A stretch of 63,740 nucleotides of DNA, the filler included, from Octopus bimaculoides (lineage: Eukaryota): assembly GCF_001194135.2 (NCBI RefSeq). It is 6 parts of 5 records of this genome, joined end to end, with 100 filler letters (N's around TTAATTAATTAA, not from the genome) between each part and the next. Parts side by side here need not be neighbours in the genome. Positions count along the whole stretch, not along the records: positions 1 to 27,989 come from NC_068987.1; positions 28,090 to 34,250 come from NC_068986.1; positions 34,351 to 50,332 come from NC_068996.1; 3 more parts are not named here. One strand, 5' to 3'. Each line of letters starts with the position of its first letter. The stretch's first letter is position 1. Positions 24,395 through 36,883 of the stretch are shown one piece after another. Below the pieces are notes generated by a model, which was not told the origin of the DNA, ran no database searches, and worked only from the letters and a program-made list of their open reading frames with translations. A program made the translations under genes and the position numbers.

Positions 24395-24680
24395 AAATCT
24401 CCCAAAATTGCCCTTAGTCCCAAAATTGCTGACCTTTTGTCAAAATTTGAAACCAGTATTCAACTAGGTCAAGGCAACGACCTGGCAGAATCGTTACCAC
24501 GCCGGGCAAAATGCTTAGCGGCATTTCGTCCACCTTTACGTTCCGAGTTCAAATTCCGCCGAGGTCGATTTGCTTTTCGGGTCGATAAAATAAGTACCGG
24601 TTGAGCACTGGCGTCGATGTAATCCATTTATCCATTCCGTTGAAACTGCTGGCCTTGTGCCAAAATTTGAAACCAATATT
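24395..24680 (+). mobile_element. SINE family B (tail fragment followed by a full copy)
   Basis: ggcaacgacctggcagaatcgttacc...gagttcaaattccgccgaggtcga...ctggccttgtgccaaaatttgaaacc. Confidence 0.85.
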
Positions 24681-24952
24681 TTATTTTATCATTTTATTTC
24701 AGTGCAGTGTACCCCAGTTAAAAGCAGCATGTTCTTTCTAACAAGTGGTACCTTACTGCACTAAAATACACAGGACCGTATCATATTAAATTTTCTCAAA
24801 CATGCAAAATACTCAACACTACAGATTGAATATGGAGTGCTGTATTGCTCATCTGATACATTATATATTCATCTATCCACCACCACAGATACAAAAACTC
24901 ACACACATGCATATATTCATATACACACACACATACACACACACACACAATC

Positions 24953-25039
<87 letters not shown>

Positions 25040-25261
25040 CATACAAATATACATAGAAAGGGTTATACACACATATATACATATACACACAAACGCATAT
25101 GCATATCTTATTCCAGGCACTTATTCTATCAGTCACTTTTGCCAAAACTAGTAATTTACGGGAATGCAAAGAAACCAACACCGGTTGTAAGGTAGTGGGC
25201 GGACGTACATAAACACAGAAGCATAGTCATATATATGTCTATGCTTCTGTACGCTCACACG

Positions 25262-25299
<38 letters not shown>

Positions 25300-25339
25300 T
25301 ATATATATATATATATATAAGTTAAAAAAAAGACAAAAA

Positions 25340-25445
25340 ACAACAACGTGAGGACGTGATACGGATAGTGTTACTAGACGCTCGGGAAAGGAAAGAGAGA
25401 GAGTATGACGTTTCGAGCGGAGCTCTTCGTCGGAAACAAGGAAAG
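25340..25445 (-). mobile_element. PLE pLTR-like fragment with variant hammerhead-like motif
   Basis: Minus strand CCGACGA-A-GAGC-tcc-GCTC-GAAA-CGTC at 25407-25433. Confidence 0.4.
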
Positions 25446-25503
25446 TTCAAAGAAGGGAAAAACGGAGGAAGAAAAAATCAGCACCGATGTCCACGAGGTT
25501 ACA

Positions 25504-25539
<36 letters not shown>

Positions 25540-25549
25540 TGTATGTATA

Positions 25550-25690
25550 TTCGACGGGCTTTTGCACAGTTTCCGTCTAGCAAATTCACTCACAAGGTAT
25601 TGGTCGACCCAATGCTATAGTAGAAGGCCTATGTCCCCGAAACTACATGGTAATAAAGTGAGCATTTTAACCACGCAGCTATGTTGCTCC
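25550..25690 (-). mobile_element. SINE family A, 5' part
   Basis: cgacgggcttttgcacagtttccgtctagcaaattcactcacaagg matches family A. Confidence 0.7.
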
Positions 25691-26661
25691 TATATCTGGA
25701 CCACTTTTTATGATCAAATTAGGTGAGTAGAGTTAGTGCCGCTAAAATTTGCCGGCCCACCCAGCGCTTAATAAAGTTTTTTGTTTAATTTGAACATAAA
25801 TTAGTTAATATTTGCAAGAAAAGAATGCACCAAATTGTCCTATTTTTTTAAATAGACTAATCAGAGAAGAGAAGTTAGTACAATCCCCTTCCCATGACAT
25901 CTTACAAAATCTCTGTGACTGGTAGGAGGACGTTATTCTCAGACTGACTACCTGGTGGTCTGAACATGCTTACAATAGAGGGTCAGATAATGTCAGAAGA
26001 CAAAGAGATCAGTTGCAGAACTCTGACGATTTGCACAAAATAATGTTTGCCGTGCGCAAACAACTTGTTTGCAAATTAATGTTAACTGTTAAGTGTTCAG
26101 TATAGAGAATTAGAAAAACATCTGTTGCAAATTAACCACAAAAGATTATTAACAACTTGTAGATTAGTCAAATGGTCTATCGTGAAGAAGGTTACTTAGG
26201 AAAGCATTGAGCGTTCAAGCTCAATTAGTGATAACGAGAGTTAAATTAAGCTCAAACTGCTTTTGTAAGTGACATTTCACTTTGTAAAGTGTCAATCTGT
26301 GAAACGTGCCTTAGGGCAGCCTTCAAGTCTCGCTATTCTATGGAGTGAAATTAGCCAGATAGATGCACACTTAAGTCACTAGTTTTCACTAGTAATCTGT
26401 AGAATAGCAGAAAACATATTTGTGTGGGATGCGGGTGTGCGGCTGTATTTTGTTTGTGTGTGTTTGTGTGTACTCACAAAGCCCTTGCAAACATGGAAAC
26501 ATGAATGTAAGAATGGTGATGATCATGATATATCTACCTATCTGTTTGACTATCCATCTGCCTGTCTGTATGTCTGCTTGTCTGCCTGTCTGCCTGTCTG
26601 TATGTATGTATGTATGTATGTATCCAAACACTGATATAACTAGTAACAACACGAATCTCAT

Positions 26662-26886
26662 ACGTCAATGGTGCTTCTAATGTCACACTTTTTGTCCAGT
26701 GAAAAAATATTTTAAGAGCTCCTTCATTACATTTATCCAGATGTTTGCTTAATGGAATCCTTCTGTATTACGTGTTGCCTGTGTATCCACACCCTCTCAG
26801 TTAATGCTTGTCAAATGCAAATATTTTTCCAATTGCTGCATTCAGTGTATTCGCAGAGACTGTGACATTAGAAGCACCATTGACGT
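26662..26886. mobile_element. MITE with perfect 26-bp TIRs
   Basis: ACGTCAATGGTGCTTCTAATGTCACA at 26662-26687 and its exact reverse complement at 26861-26886, followed by TA. Confidence 0.8.
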
Positions 26887-27639
26887 TATTTGCCTGAAGA
26901 TGTTACTACAAAATTATGAATACATGTTCAAAATCCAGTCATACTGGAATTTTTAATGACAACAATATTTTTCTGTATACAATTTTTCTAACATTTATTT
27001 ATCACTTTATATCCGTGCAGGCACCATGTTAGAAACATCCGTGCTGGTGCCACATAAAAAGCATGATGATGATGATGATGATGATATGTATGTACAGGAT
27101 GTTCAAAAATATATATACAAACATTCAATAATTATTAAGTCAGTATTTATTAAAATACATTTCATTTTCAAAATTTAATAAAATCTACAGACAGAATTCA
27201 ATTTCTTTATGAATGTATGTTTTCAAAAAGATGACCGTTCAAGTCCAGGAATCACTGATAAAGTGAAGCAATGAAATTGCAAACATCAAGAAACATTTCG
27301 TTTGGTATTATATGCATAAAGAACAATGATTTCGGGTGTTTTTTGATCGGCGGGCGCCGAATACCCCTGTCGTTTATATCATTTGAAATTTTTGATTTTC
27401 ATTCCATTAATGTAATTGTCCAGCCCGCATTGCTTCTTTTTTCTGTGTAAGGCCGTCATGGCCAATGAAATGAAATTATATGCACATTTTCGTTCAATGG
27501 CTGCTCTCTGTTCATTGACTGTTGCCAGTTTTGTACCATAAACTTTATTTTTTAAGTAGCCCCATAAAAAGACAAACTAATGGTGTAATGTCCAGTGGAA
27601 ACAGAGGGTATTCTACTGAATATCTTCATCCAATCCACT

Positions 27640-27880
27640 TGTTTGCATGGCATCTTAGGGAAGTGTCTTCTTTTATAGCCTCGGCCCCACCAAGGCCTTT
27701 TGAGTGGATTTGATAGAGAGAAACTGAAAGAAATCCGTCGTGTGTGTGTGTATCTTTGTGTCTGTGTTTGTCCTCCACCATGCTTCACAACTGGTGTTGG
27801 TGTGTTTGTGTCCCTATAACTTAACAGCTCTGCAAAAGAGAGTGATAGAATAGCCTTAAAAAATAATAAGTACTGGAATC
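27640..27880 (+). mobile_element. SINE family A, diverged
   Basis: ggcatcttagggaagtgtcttcttttatagcctcggcc...gagtggatttgatagagagaaactgaaagaa. Confidence 0.7.
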
Positions 27881-27951
27881 AATTCATTCCAGCATGGAGG
27901 ATGGACGTTAAACGATGATGATGATAATGATGATGATATATATATATATAT

Positions 27952-27989
<38 letters not shown>

Positions 27990-28520
27990 NNNNNNNNNNN
28001 NNNNNNNNNNNNNNNNNNNNNNNNNNNNNNNNNTTAATTAATTAANNNNNNNNNNNNNNNNNNNNNNNNNNNNNNNNNNNNNNNNNNNNTGTGTGTGTGT
28101 GTGTGTGTGTGTGTTTTTGTCTGTGTTTGTCCCTGCACCATCGCTTGACAACCGATGTTGGTATGTTTACGTATCCACACCCTCCTGCACAAGATGAACC
28201 GTGAATTTTATTCTCCTGTCTTTATTCTTCAATCTATCGTTTTATCCTTTTATACACTGTGAATTCTCTGTCTGGAACTTTCCTGCATATACACCTTGTC
28301 TCTGGTGATGGAATACCCAGTGTATGGAGATGTTGACCCATCACCTGGGATATCCCGGAAACAACTGTTAGACAATAATTACTTCTGCTTTTCCAGTTCT
28401 GATTCACCTTACTCTACTTAAATATTCTAAATAACCTGAGATACTCGTCCTGCCTCGGTTTTGCAGTCCATTTTCCACTCATATATTATGCATACATATA
28501 TGTATATATATGGATGTGGT

Positions 28521-28562
<42 letters not shown>

Positions 28563-28567
<5 letters not shown>

Positions 28568-29430
28568 TCATCCCGTGAATAATGCGGATTGTTTATATTT
28601 CTTTTATTTTCCAAAACTTAGATCAACAAAGTTCTTTTTTTTATCTAAAGTATACTCTCTTTCATTTTCTACCATGCAAGTCTATCTGGTAGACTTGCAA
28701 GGTTTCTCTTCCAAATTTCACTTACTTCCGGTACTTTTCCGGTACTTTTCTGACCTCATCTACAGAATTCATATTTTTTCCATCCATATGATTTTGAAAG
28801 AATGCGGAATAAATTATAATGAGATGGGACAATGTCCGGTAAATATGGTGGGTGAGACATCGTTTCCCATTCAAACTGCTTTGAGCATTATCCTGATGGA
28901 AGGACGCCTTTCATCTTGAAACCAAACATGATTGTTTTTATTCTAGCGCAGGTGTCGATGAATGGCTGAATGACTAAATCCAAGCTTCTCTGCTTCTCAA
29001 CAGTTACGATGTAATTTTGTTCCACCAGGGTTTGCAGGATGTCCTCACTGGGCTCTACAGATATTCCAGGATGAGGCTCGTCTTCTAGGCTATAGTTTCT
29101 GACTCGGAATTTCTGGAGCCACCATTGACACTGGCTTACACTTATTGTCTGACCCCCATATATTGCATTAATAGTCCTCGCATTTTTCGTTGAGTTGTTG
29201 CCTTTATTGAACTCATAAAGCAAAGTATGCTTAATATGCCCCTTTGTCACCTTCATTACAACTTTGAAAAAGTAAGTGTTAAAATCGAACTGCTCTCTTC
29301 CAAACTTTCGCTAAGAATAAGGACAAGGCAAAATTACTATAGCAAGTTGATGCAGGTAGTTTATTCCGCGACCCGCCGACTTTTAGTTCATGCAATTTCA
29401 AAAAACCGCATTATTTATGGGATGACCTAA
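28563..29430 (-). mobile_element. Internally deleted mariner (DD34D-type) transposon
   Basis: TIRs (t)ggtcatcccgtgaataatgcgg and reverse complement aggtcatcccataaataatgcgg in TA flanks; minus-strand HIKHTLLYEFNKGNNS...WWLQKFRVRNYSLEDEPHPG, HQDNA and HPPYLPDIVPSHYNLF. Confidence 0.9.
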
Positions 29431-29494
29431 TACGCACACATATATATTTGTATGTTTGTTAGTTTGTTATAGTATGTGTGTAATATATATATAC

Positions 29495-29526
<32 letters not shown>

Positions 29527-30877
29527 NNNNNNNNNNNNNNNNNNNNNNNNNNNNNNNNNNNNNNNNNNNNNNNNNNNNNNNNNNNNNNNNNNNNNNNNNN
29601 NNNNNNNNNNNNNNNNNNNNNNNNNNNNNNNNNNNNNNNNNNNNNNNNNNNNNNNNNNNNNNNNNNNNNNNNNNNNNNNNNNNNNNNNNNNNNNNNNNNN
29701 NNNNNNNNNNNNNNNNNNNNNNNNNNNNNNNNNNNNNNNNNNNNNNNNNNNNNNNNNNNNNNNNNNNNNNNNNNNNNNNNNNNNNNNNNNNNNNNNNNNN
29801 NNNNNNNNNNNNNNNNNNNNNNNNNNNNNNNNNNNNNNNNNNNNNNNNNNNNNNNNNNNNNNNNNNNNNNNNNNNNNNNNNNNNNNNNNNNNNNNNNNNN
29901 NNNNNNNNNNNNNNNNNNNNNNNNNNNNNNNNNNNNNNNNNNNNNNNNNNNNNNNNNNNNNNNNNNNNNNNNNNNNNNNNNNNNNNNNNNNNNNNNNNNN
30001 NNNNNNNNNNNNNNNNNNNNNNNNNNNNNNNNNNNNNNNNNNNNNNNNNNNNNNNNNNNNNNNNNNNNNNNNNNNNNNNNNNNNNNNNNNNNNNNNNNNN
30101 NNNNNNNNNNNNNNNNNNNNNNNNNNNNNNNNNNNNNNNNNNNNNNNNNNNNNNNNNNNNNTATACACCAGATGTGCCATCAAAACTCTTGATTGGACCA
30201 TATCAGGTGGGGGAGAAGAGCCATGCAAGGAACGTGAAGAGAGCACAGCATAAAGACGGAAAATCACGGTGGTGCACCAGCATGACCGCAGCCACTTGGC
30301 TGAAACCCACAAATAATAAATAAATTAAAAAATAGTATATCTTCTTTCAGTTAAAGTAACTAGTGGTTGACGAAGGAAAGGTAATCCTGTATCTTGTTTG
30401 TGGATGACTTGATGAGCAATGAACAATATTTACTATTCAACAGTGAAACTGAAAAAAAAAAAAAATCTATGTATATAAATTCATCGTGACATTTACGAAA
30501 ACAGACGTCCAGTTTTGAAAATAAATCTTAAGACAAGGCAAATTATTCTCATGAAAACTGTATATAAGACACATCAGAATTACAAAAATTCGACTGGTTT
30601 CCAGAGTAAACCAGAGGAAAGGGGGAAAACGAATTTCATGGCCTCTGCGGAAGCAAAAGTTGATTGTCAATGGAAAATTATAGGGAATCTCCATGAAAGT
30701 CAGATTAAGTTCGGATTTGTGGGATAAATATATGTGCTCCCTTCGACTGGATATAAATCTCTTATTAATAATCCAAGAATTCTTTGCATAGAATCAGCAA
30801 CATAAGTACGCATAAAACACATTTCTCTCCTTCAGAATGACATTTTGTCCTTTGCTATCGTACATTTTCTTTGACAG

Positions 30878-30907
30878 GTCAAACTGATTCCTGGATAACA
30901 ATGCAAG
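30878..30907 (+). CDS. Candidate 30-nt micro-exon (xQTDSWITMQx if coding; may be UTR or spurious)
   Basis: cattttctttgacAG|...atgcaag|GTAACC; only the phase-1/phase-1 frame is open. Confidence 0.2.
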
Positions 30908-31129
30908 GTAACCGCTATATCGCATCTGTGTTTGTTAAGAATGGAAACACGGAATCGACATTATAATTATAACATATCATTCATAGTCACTTGGTTTGAT
31001 ATCTTCGAAAATATCAGACTTGAGATTGAGCGAATATTTACAATCGAGGCTACAAATATTCATGCTCACCACAATCTGTTAGCATCCTACTCTTCACATA
31101 TAAATACCGATGATAAAAATATGTGAAAA

Positions 31130-31196
<67 letters not shown>

Positions 31197-31302
31197 ATGT
31201 CTGTCTGTCTCTCTGTCTCTCTCTCTCTCTTTATCTACCTACCTACCTACCTACCTACCTACCTCCCCATCTACCTATCTCTCTATCAACGTGTCTACTC
31301 CC

Positions 31303-31333
<31 letters not shown>

Positions 31334-31409
31334 CATGCATACATGTATATATATTTATGTATATATATTTACATATGTATGTGTGTGTGTGTGTGTCATT
31401 GTTCAGTTT

Positions 31410-32320
31410 ATTTCAAGATTGCTTGCCAATAGACAAAGAGCCGGTTTCTAACCTAGATCCAAGACTCCTACATTGGAATTTCAATCTCAAGAACAGTGTA
31501 CTTTTGTATGTATGTATGTATGCATGCATGCATGTATGTATGTATGTATGTATGTACGTATGTATATATTTATATATATGTATGTTGGTATGTATATGTG
31601 TAGATTTGTATGTTTTGCTTTATGTATGTATTCCCATGCATATAGCTGCATATCTAGACTTGCTCATATATATTTAAATACTAAACTTCTGGAAAGTTCT
31701 GCAGACTTTTACAGTTCCAGTGCTAGATTGGATCTGTAGTTTTCGAATTAGCTTTCTCCTTTCTGGTTTTAAGAAGCCCAATTTTTGAACATTCGCGTTT
31801 AGTGTGTTACAGTGTGTATGTATATATTTTTTGTGTTTGTGTCTGTGTTTATCCCTGCACCATCGCTTGACAACCGATGTTGGTATGTTTACGTCTCCAA
31901 ACCCTCCTGAACAAGATGAACCGTGACCTTTATTCCCCCCCTTCATTCTTCTATATATCGTTTTATTCTTTTATACATTGTGAATTCTCTGTTTGGAACT
32001 TTACTTTATAATATGTTACAGTGTGTTACATACAGGGCCCCAATAATTATAGGTATAAACCTGAACTTGTAATCTGGATAGTGTAACTACAGAATTCTCA
32101 CTGGTTTAGCGTAGCTATTCTTTTTTCCACTGATCTTCAGCTTTATGTTAACATCCGCTGGGCAGCTAATTTCCACAACTATGCACGGTTTCTCTTCTGT
32201 CTCCCAAAGCGTTATATCAGGTCACTTCTGCTTACATTTGATTGAGGTCTTCACTGGGATATTCCACCAGTACTCTTTTTTTAATATGAGTGGATATGGC
32301 TTCTTCCATACTATGGGTTT
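31410..32320 (-). mobile_element. R4/Dong-like REL LINE 3' end, interrupted by a 196-bp insert and a microsatellite
   Basis: EYWWNIPVKTSIKCK..PDITLWETEEKPCIVVEISCPADVNIKLK...YPDYKFRFIPIIIGAL; after removing 31818-32013 and one TSD copy the frame continues YVTHCNTLNANVQKLGF...TVKVCRTFQKFSI*; 3' UTR-like piece at 31410-31490. Confidence 0.8.
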
Positions 32321-32341
32321 ATGTATGTATGTATGTATATA

Positions 32342-32378
<37 letters not shown>

Positions 32379-32399
32379 GCATTACACTNNNNNNNNNNC

Positions 32400-32600
32400 T
32401 CGATGACTGTATGGGATATATGACATCGGTGGCATTTACTACTTGTATGGCATCTCTACATAAATCATCCTTACGCACATATGCACTTGCCAATTCTCCA
32501 GTCTATACCGAGATGATGGTTTAGCGGCTTCACTCGATTACGATAATCATACGTTAAACTTTTTCTGAAAACCATTAGGACCTTTATCAATAAAGTCTTC
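32400..32600 (+). mobile_element. Penelope-like RT remnant
   Basis: SLYRDDGLAA at ~32500-32530 matches the GLYRDDGL motif of invertebrate PLE RTs; flanks heavily decayed. Confidence 0.5.
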
Positions 32601-33128
32601 AATATTCTACTATACGGCCTAGGATCTCCAATCCATCACCCTCTAAAGTTATTATTCACGACTCCTACTAGATTTCTCCTAAATAATAATTCTAAGGTCA
32701 GATCTCTTAGATTTCTTCTAAATAATGTTTCTAGGATCAGATCTAGACCCCACACATGCAGACCAAAGATTTACAGAATATACGCAGGAAAGTGATCTGA
32801 TTCCCAGCGCATGTTCACTTAAACTTAAAAACTTAAAAGCAGGCGGGAAATCGATGATCTGTCTGGTCAAAACTTTCCCGTCACAACACGGCAGTAACTG
32901 GAATGTTCAACCGGCAAGTAGTGAAAGAATAGTACATCAATTTCCTTAAAATGATATCATTTATAGCATCTTAAAAGCAAGTGAATTATACACACAGTAC
33001 GTTTATGTACATCGAAGGCCGAATGTGTTTTTTTTAGAGCTCTTAGACTAACACGTTTTCTTTTGTATATGCAGTAGAAGTCACCCAAACGACGCTGAAT
33101 TATGTAGTGGGATAAACGGTGTGTCAGT

Positions 33129-33198
33129 ATGACATGGGGGCGATTAAAAAAAACAGAACTAGTTGTATTTCTACACCTTTTGTTTTCCCTCGGCAGTG
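33129..33198 (+). CDS. Candidate first coding exon encoding a signal-peptide-like sequence (MTWGRLKKTELVVFLHLLFSLGS-), gene unidentified
   Basis: ATG with A at -3; basic N-region, hydrophobic core, small residues; phase-1 donor G|GTAAGT; upstream acceptor-like ttttcttttgtatatgcAG at 33074. Confidence 0.3.
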
Positions 33199-33396
33199 GT
33201 AAGTCATATATGGTCTCCGACAGTCAATAAGCTGAATTATATCATCAAAGGGAGGTTGTTGCAGAAGCGAAAACTTTTTGTTTATGGAACCAAGAACAGT
33301 AGATTTTGTTTAAACCAAACCCCGCAGGTCCAGCTTCATTTCCAAAAATGAAATCTTCACAAAATGTCCTTCCATGAACAGGCACATCACAGCGAA

Positions 33397-33463
33397 CTGC
33401 TGCTGCTGCTGTTGTTGTTGTTGCTCTTGTGGTTGTTGTTGTGGTTGTTGTTGTCATTGTTGC

Positions 33464-33494
<31 letters not shown>

Positions 33495-33556
33495 ATTCTT
33501 CTTCTTCTTCTTCTTCTTCTTCTTCTTCTTCTTCTTCTTCTTCTTCTTCTTCTTCT
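33397..33556. repeat. Compound (CTG)n(TTG)n(TTC)n microsatellite
   Basis: Direct reading. Confidence 0.95.
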
Positions 33557-33576
33557 GCTTCTTCTTTATATGGATA

Positions 33577-33611
<35 letters not shown>

Positions 33612-34350
33612 GCTTCTACATACATGAATATATGTGTATATATGTGTTTGTGTGTGTGCTTGTGTATGCGTGTGCATTTCTGTGCTTGCGTGTTTGTTTG
33701 TGACTTAGTGCGTGCGATTGTGTGCGTGTATGTGTGTCGGTTAATTTACATACAGCTTACCCATTGAATTAATCACAATAGCAAAAACTATAACCCTCAG
33801 GTCAACACACCTTCACACACCTTCACACACACACACACACACACACACAAAAAAAAACCAAACACACACATACACACACAGACAGACACGTGCGCATTCA
33901 CGCAGGTACACAGGCACACGTAACACATGTCGTTCACTAACTGATAACAGTCGGTAAATGCTAAAAGAAAGTCGAGGCCAACGATCAAACCATTTCCAAT
34001 TCTGTAATATCCATCGGCGTAGCAAGATAGAAAAGTGTTCCCATTTATTTCTTGTCTGAAACGAAGACGGTTTTAACACCAACTGCCATTCGAAGTATTT
34101 TATCCAAAAGACAAAGCTGGCTGTGGTTTGAGACATCGAAGGACCTTAGAACTTTATTGATCCACATGGAACATAAAGGACCCGTTAGAAAATATGGGAG
34201 ATCGTGTTTTGTAAATAAAGTTCAAGCTGGACTATATATATGTATATATANNNNNNNNNNNNNNNNNNNNNNNNNNNNNNNNNNNNNNNNNNNNTTAATT
34301 AATTAANNNNNNNNNNNNNNNNNNNNNNNNNNNNNNNNNNNNNNNNNNNN

Positions 34351-34565
34351 GACACCATTTCGAGCGTGGCCGTTTTCGTGCGGGTGACACGTAAAAGCAC
34401 CCACTACACTCTCTGAGTGGTTGGCATTAGGAAGGGCATCCAGCTGTAGAAACTCTGCCAAATCAGACTGGAGCCTGGTGTTGCCATCCGGTTTCACCAG
34501 TCCTCAGTCAAATCGTCCAACCCATGCTAGCATGGAAAGCGGACGTTAAACGATGATGATGATGA
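34351..34565 (+). mobile_element. 5'-truncated RTE LINE 3' UTR copy ending in (GAT)n
   Basis: Matches the 3' UTR of the RTE at 55325-55560; tail cccatgctagcatggaaagcggacgttaaacgatgatgatg. Confidence 0.85.
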
Positions 34566-34584
34566 TATATATATATATAGGTAA

Positions 34585-34928
34585 AAGAGCAAAGACCCCC
34601 ATTGTTCATGAGTGACCATGGGATTGCACCTAGAAAGTTACCCTCCAAGGCATAAGTTCTGACAAGGTTTTCTATGGAAGATCAGCAGTCACCCATGCAT
34701 ACCAGCCCTCTCTTCTCCATGCCACTGATGTTATCTAAGGGAAAGGAAGGCAAAGACTGATACAGCTTGGCACCAGTGATGTCACAACTCATTTCTACAG
34801 CTGAGTGAATTCAAGCAACGTGAAATAAAGTGTCTTGCTCAAGAGCATAACACACATCCAGGTCCGGGAATTGAACTCACAACCTCATGATTGTGAGCCT
34901 GACACTCTTACCACTGAGTCATGCACCT
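34585..34928 (-). mobile_element. tRNA-derived SINE (head + CORE-like + tail T3)
   Basis: Reverse complement ggtgcatgactcagtggtaagagtg...gagttcaattccc...cttgagcaagacactttatttcacgttgc; matches 44525-44845. Confidence 0.8.
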
Positions 34929-36606
34929 TCACTACTTTTTCTCCTCTCATTATTAAGGGCCCCTTCATTCGTTTGAAGTAGATTTTAACTTCAATCGTTT
35001 TGGGGGTCTATGAAATATGAACCATTCAAGTACTGGGCTTGATGTAATTGACAAACCCAACCCCTCAAAAAAAAAAACAAGAAAAAAAACTGCTGGCCCT
35101 GTGCCAAAATTTGAAATTAAATTAAAGTGTCCCTCCCTTCAGCAAGATACAGCAGTATTAATAATATATCATCAAGACTTAGTCACAAAACCTTTCAGCG
35201 TCTCTATATGGGCACTTGATTAGCTAGAAATAGCAACCAAATCCTCTTTCAGTCTTCACATACTACTATCATTAAAAATAAAAAAATAAAAAACTAGGAC
35301 ACATTAGATAATGTAGTCCGAGATAAACTATGTCAGAAAAGATTGATTAGTCAATGGTTGGCATGTCTTTGATCACAGGTCAGCTTCACCACTGCTAAAT
35401 TTGAGAGTTAAAACAACAGCAGAAACAACATTTGTAGGCAAACATTAATAAAAATAACTATAAAACAGAGTTTGTTTATGCCCCACTCTTGGCTTACATT
35501 TGCAATTTAAAACTTAAGAGTGAAATATTAAAAAAATATTTGTTCAAAGGAATTTTTCTGTAAACAAAATGTTAATTGCAAATATCGTTATGATTTAAAG
35601 CTTCTCATAAACTGCCGTTACTTTCTTCTTTTTGTTTTTTTTTATTTAATTTTGTGGTTTTCTGTCTTTCAAGTTTTCTGAGTTTTGAAGAACATTAAAC
35701 ATTTCAAATTAACAACCGATGCCAAGCGAATTCTGTTTTGAATCACTACTCAAAAATGCGACACAGGACATCAATCATAATTTTTTTTAATTGTTTTTTT
35801 AAATAATAACAAAAAATATCCATGAAGTTTTTCCTTTAAATTTTAATTTAAAGCAGTTTCATAGCATTTTTCTATGAGAATTTTACAATGGAAATAAAAT
35901 TTTAAATGATAAATTTTTAAACTAAAAGCTTTAAATGCAATTGTGGACATCCTTTTGAACAAATTCTTGTAAAAAANNNNNNNNNNNNNNNNNNNNNNNN
36001 NNNNNNNNNNNNNNNNNNNNNNNNNNNNNNNNNNNNNNNNNNNNNNNNNNNNNNNNNNNNNNNNNNNNNNNNNNNNNNNNNNNNNNNNNNNNNNNNNNNN
36101 NNNNNNNNNNNNNNNNNNNNNNNNNNNNNNNNNNNAGGAGTTTAGATAACTGTTTGGTTGGGTTCAGTTTTATTGTTACCATGTGTGTTGTGATTATTGT
36201 AGCTTAAGCCCCAGGACAATTGTTTAATCCCAAGGTAGTTACAAAGAAGACCTAATGATCAAAAATGATTCTGGTTTTCTTTGTTGCATGTTGTTGTTAT
36301 TGAGATTAAGGTTATGCTTAAATGAGTATTTACTGCTTTACATCGTTTTCATAGAAGCTTTTTCTTTTTTTTTTTTGTATTCATAAGAGGTTTAGGGATT
36401 AGGAGAGAACGACACTTTCAGACGCTATCTGTTCATTGTGTCTGGTGTCTATTTCATACAGAGCTGCTGTCATTGACTTTATTTCTTGGTCTATATATGC
36501 CACATTGTCATTCCTCTCTTGAGACTTTCTTTGTCATAACAATAACTGTTCTATCTATGACCATCATGTAAACCGTAGTTTGGGTAAAGATTCTCTACAT
36601 GATTAT

Positions 36607-36760
36607 ATCATCATCATCATCATCATCGTTTAACGTCCGCTTTCTATGCTAGCATGGGTTGGATGATTTGACTGAGGACTGGTGAAACCGGATGGCAACA
36701 CCAGGCTCCAGTCTGATTTGGCAGAGTTTCTACAGCTGGATGCCCTTCCTAACGCCAACA
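36607..36760 (-). mobile_element. RTE 3' UTR fragment
   Basis: catcatcatcgtttaacgtccgctttctatgctagcatggg... Confidence 0.85.
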
Positions 36761-36830
36761 TATATATATTAACTTCGAATGTTTAGTTTTCATTGTTTTT
36801 TCTTCTTATTTTTGCCTTTGTGAGTTACAG

Positions 36831-36883
36831 GTAATGCTATCTGTTGGAGTCTCAGCTTTTTTAGCTGCTATTTCTGAACTTCG
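36831..36883 (+). CDS. Candidate internal exon, VMLSVGVSAFLAAISELR (TM-helix-like)
   Basis: Long pyrimidine tract + ttacAG| ... cttcg|GTATGT; only frame 0 is open; hydrophobic peptide. Confidence 0.35.

Noticed and set aside
27090-27600. Possible Tc1/mariner remnant starting caggatgttcaaaaa
   Set aside because: No matching second TIR or transposase motif found.
28035-28046. TTAATTAATTAA embedded in N-runs (also ~34295, 50377, 57012, 62305)
   Set aside because: Identical 12-mer in the middle of ~100-nt gaps; it has stops in all six frames and is best explained as a scaffolding spacer, not biology.
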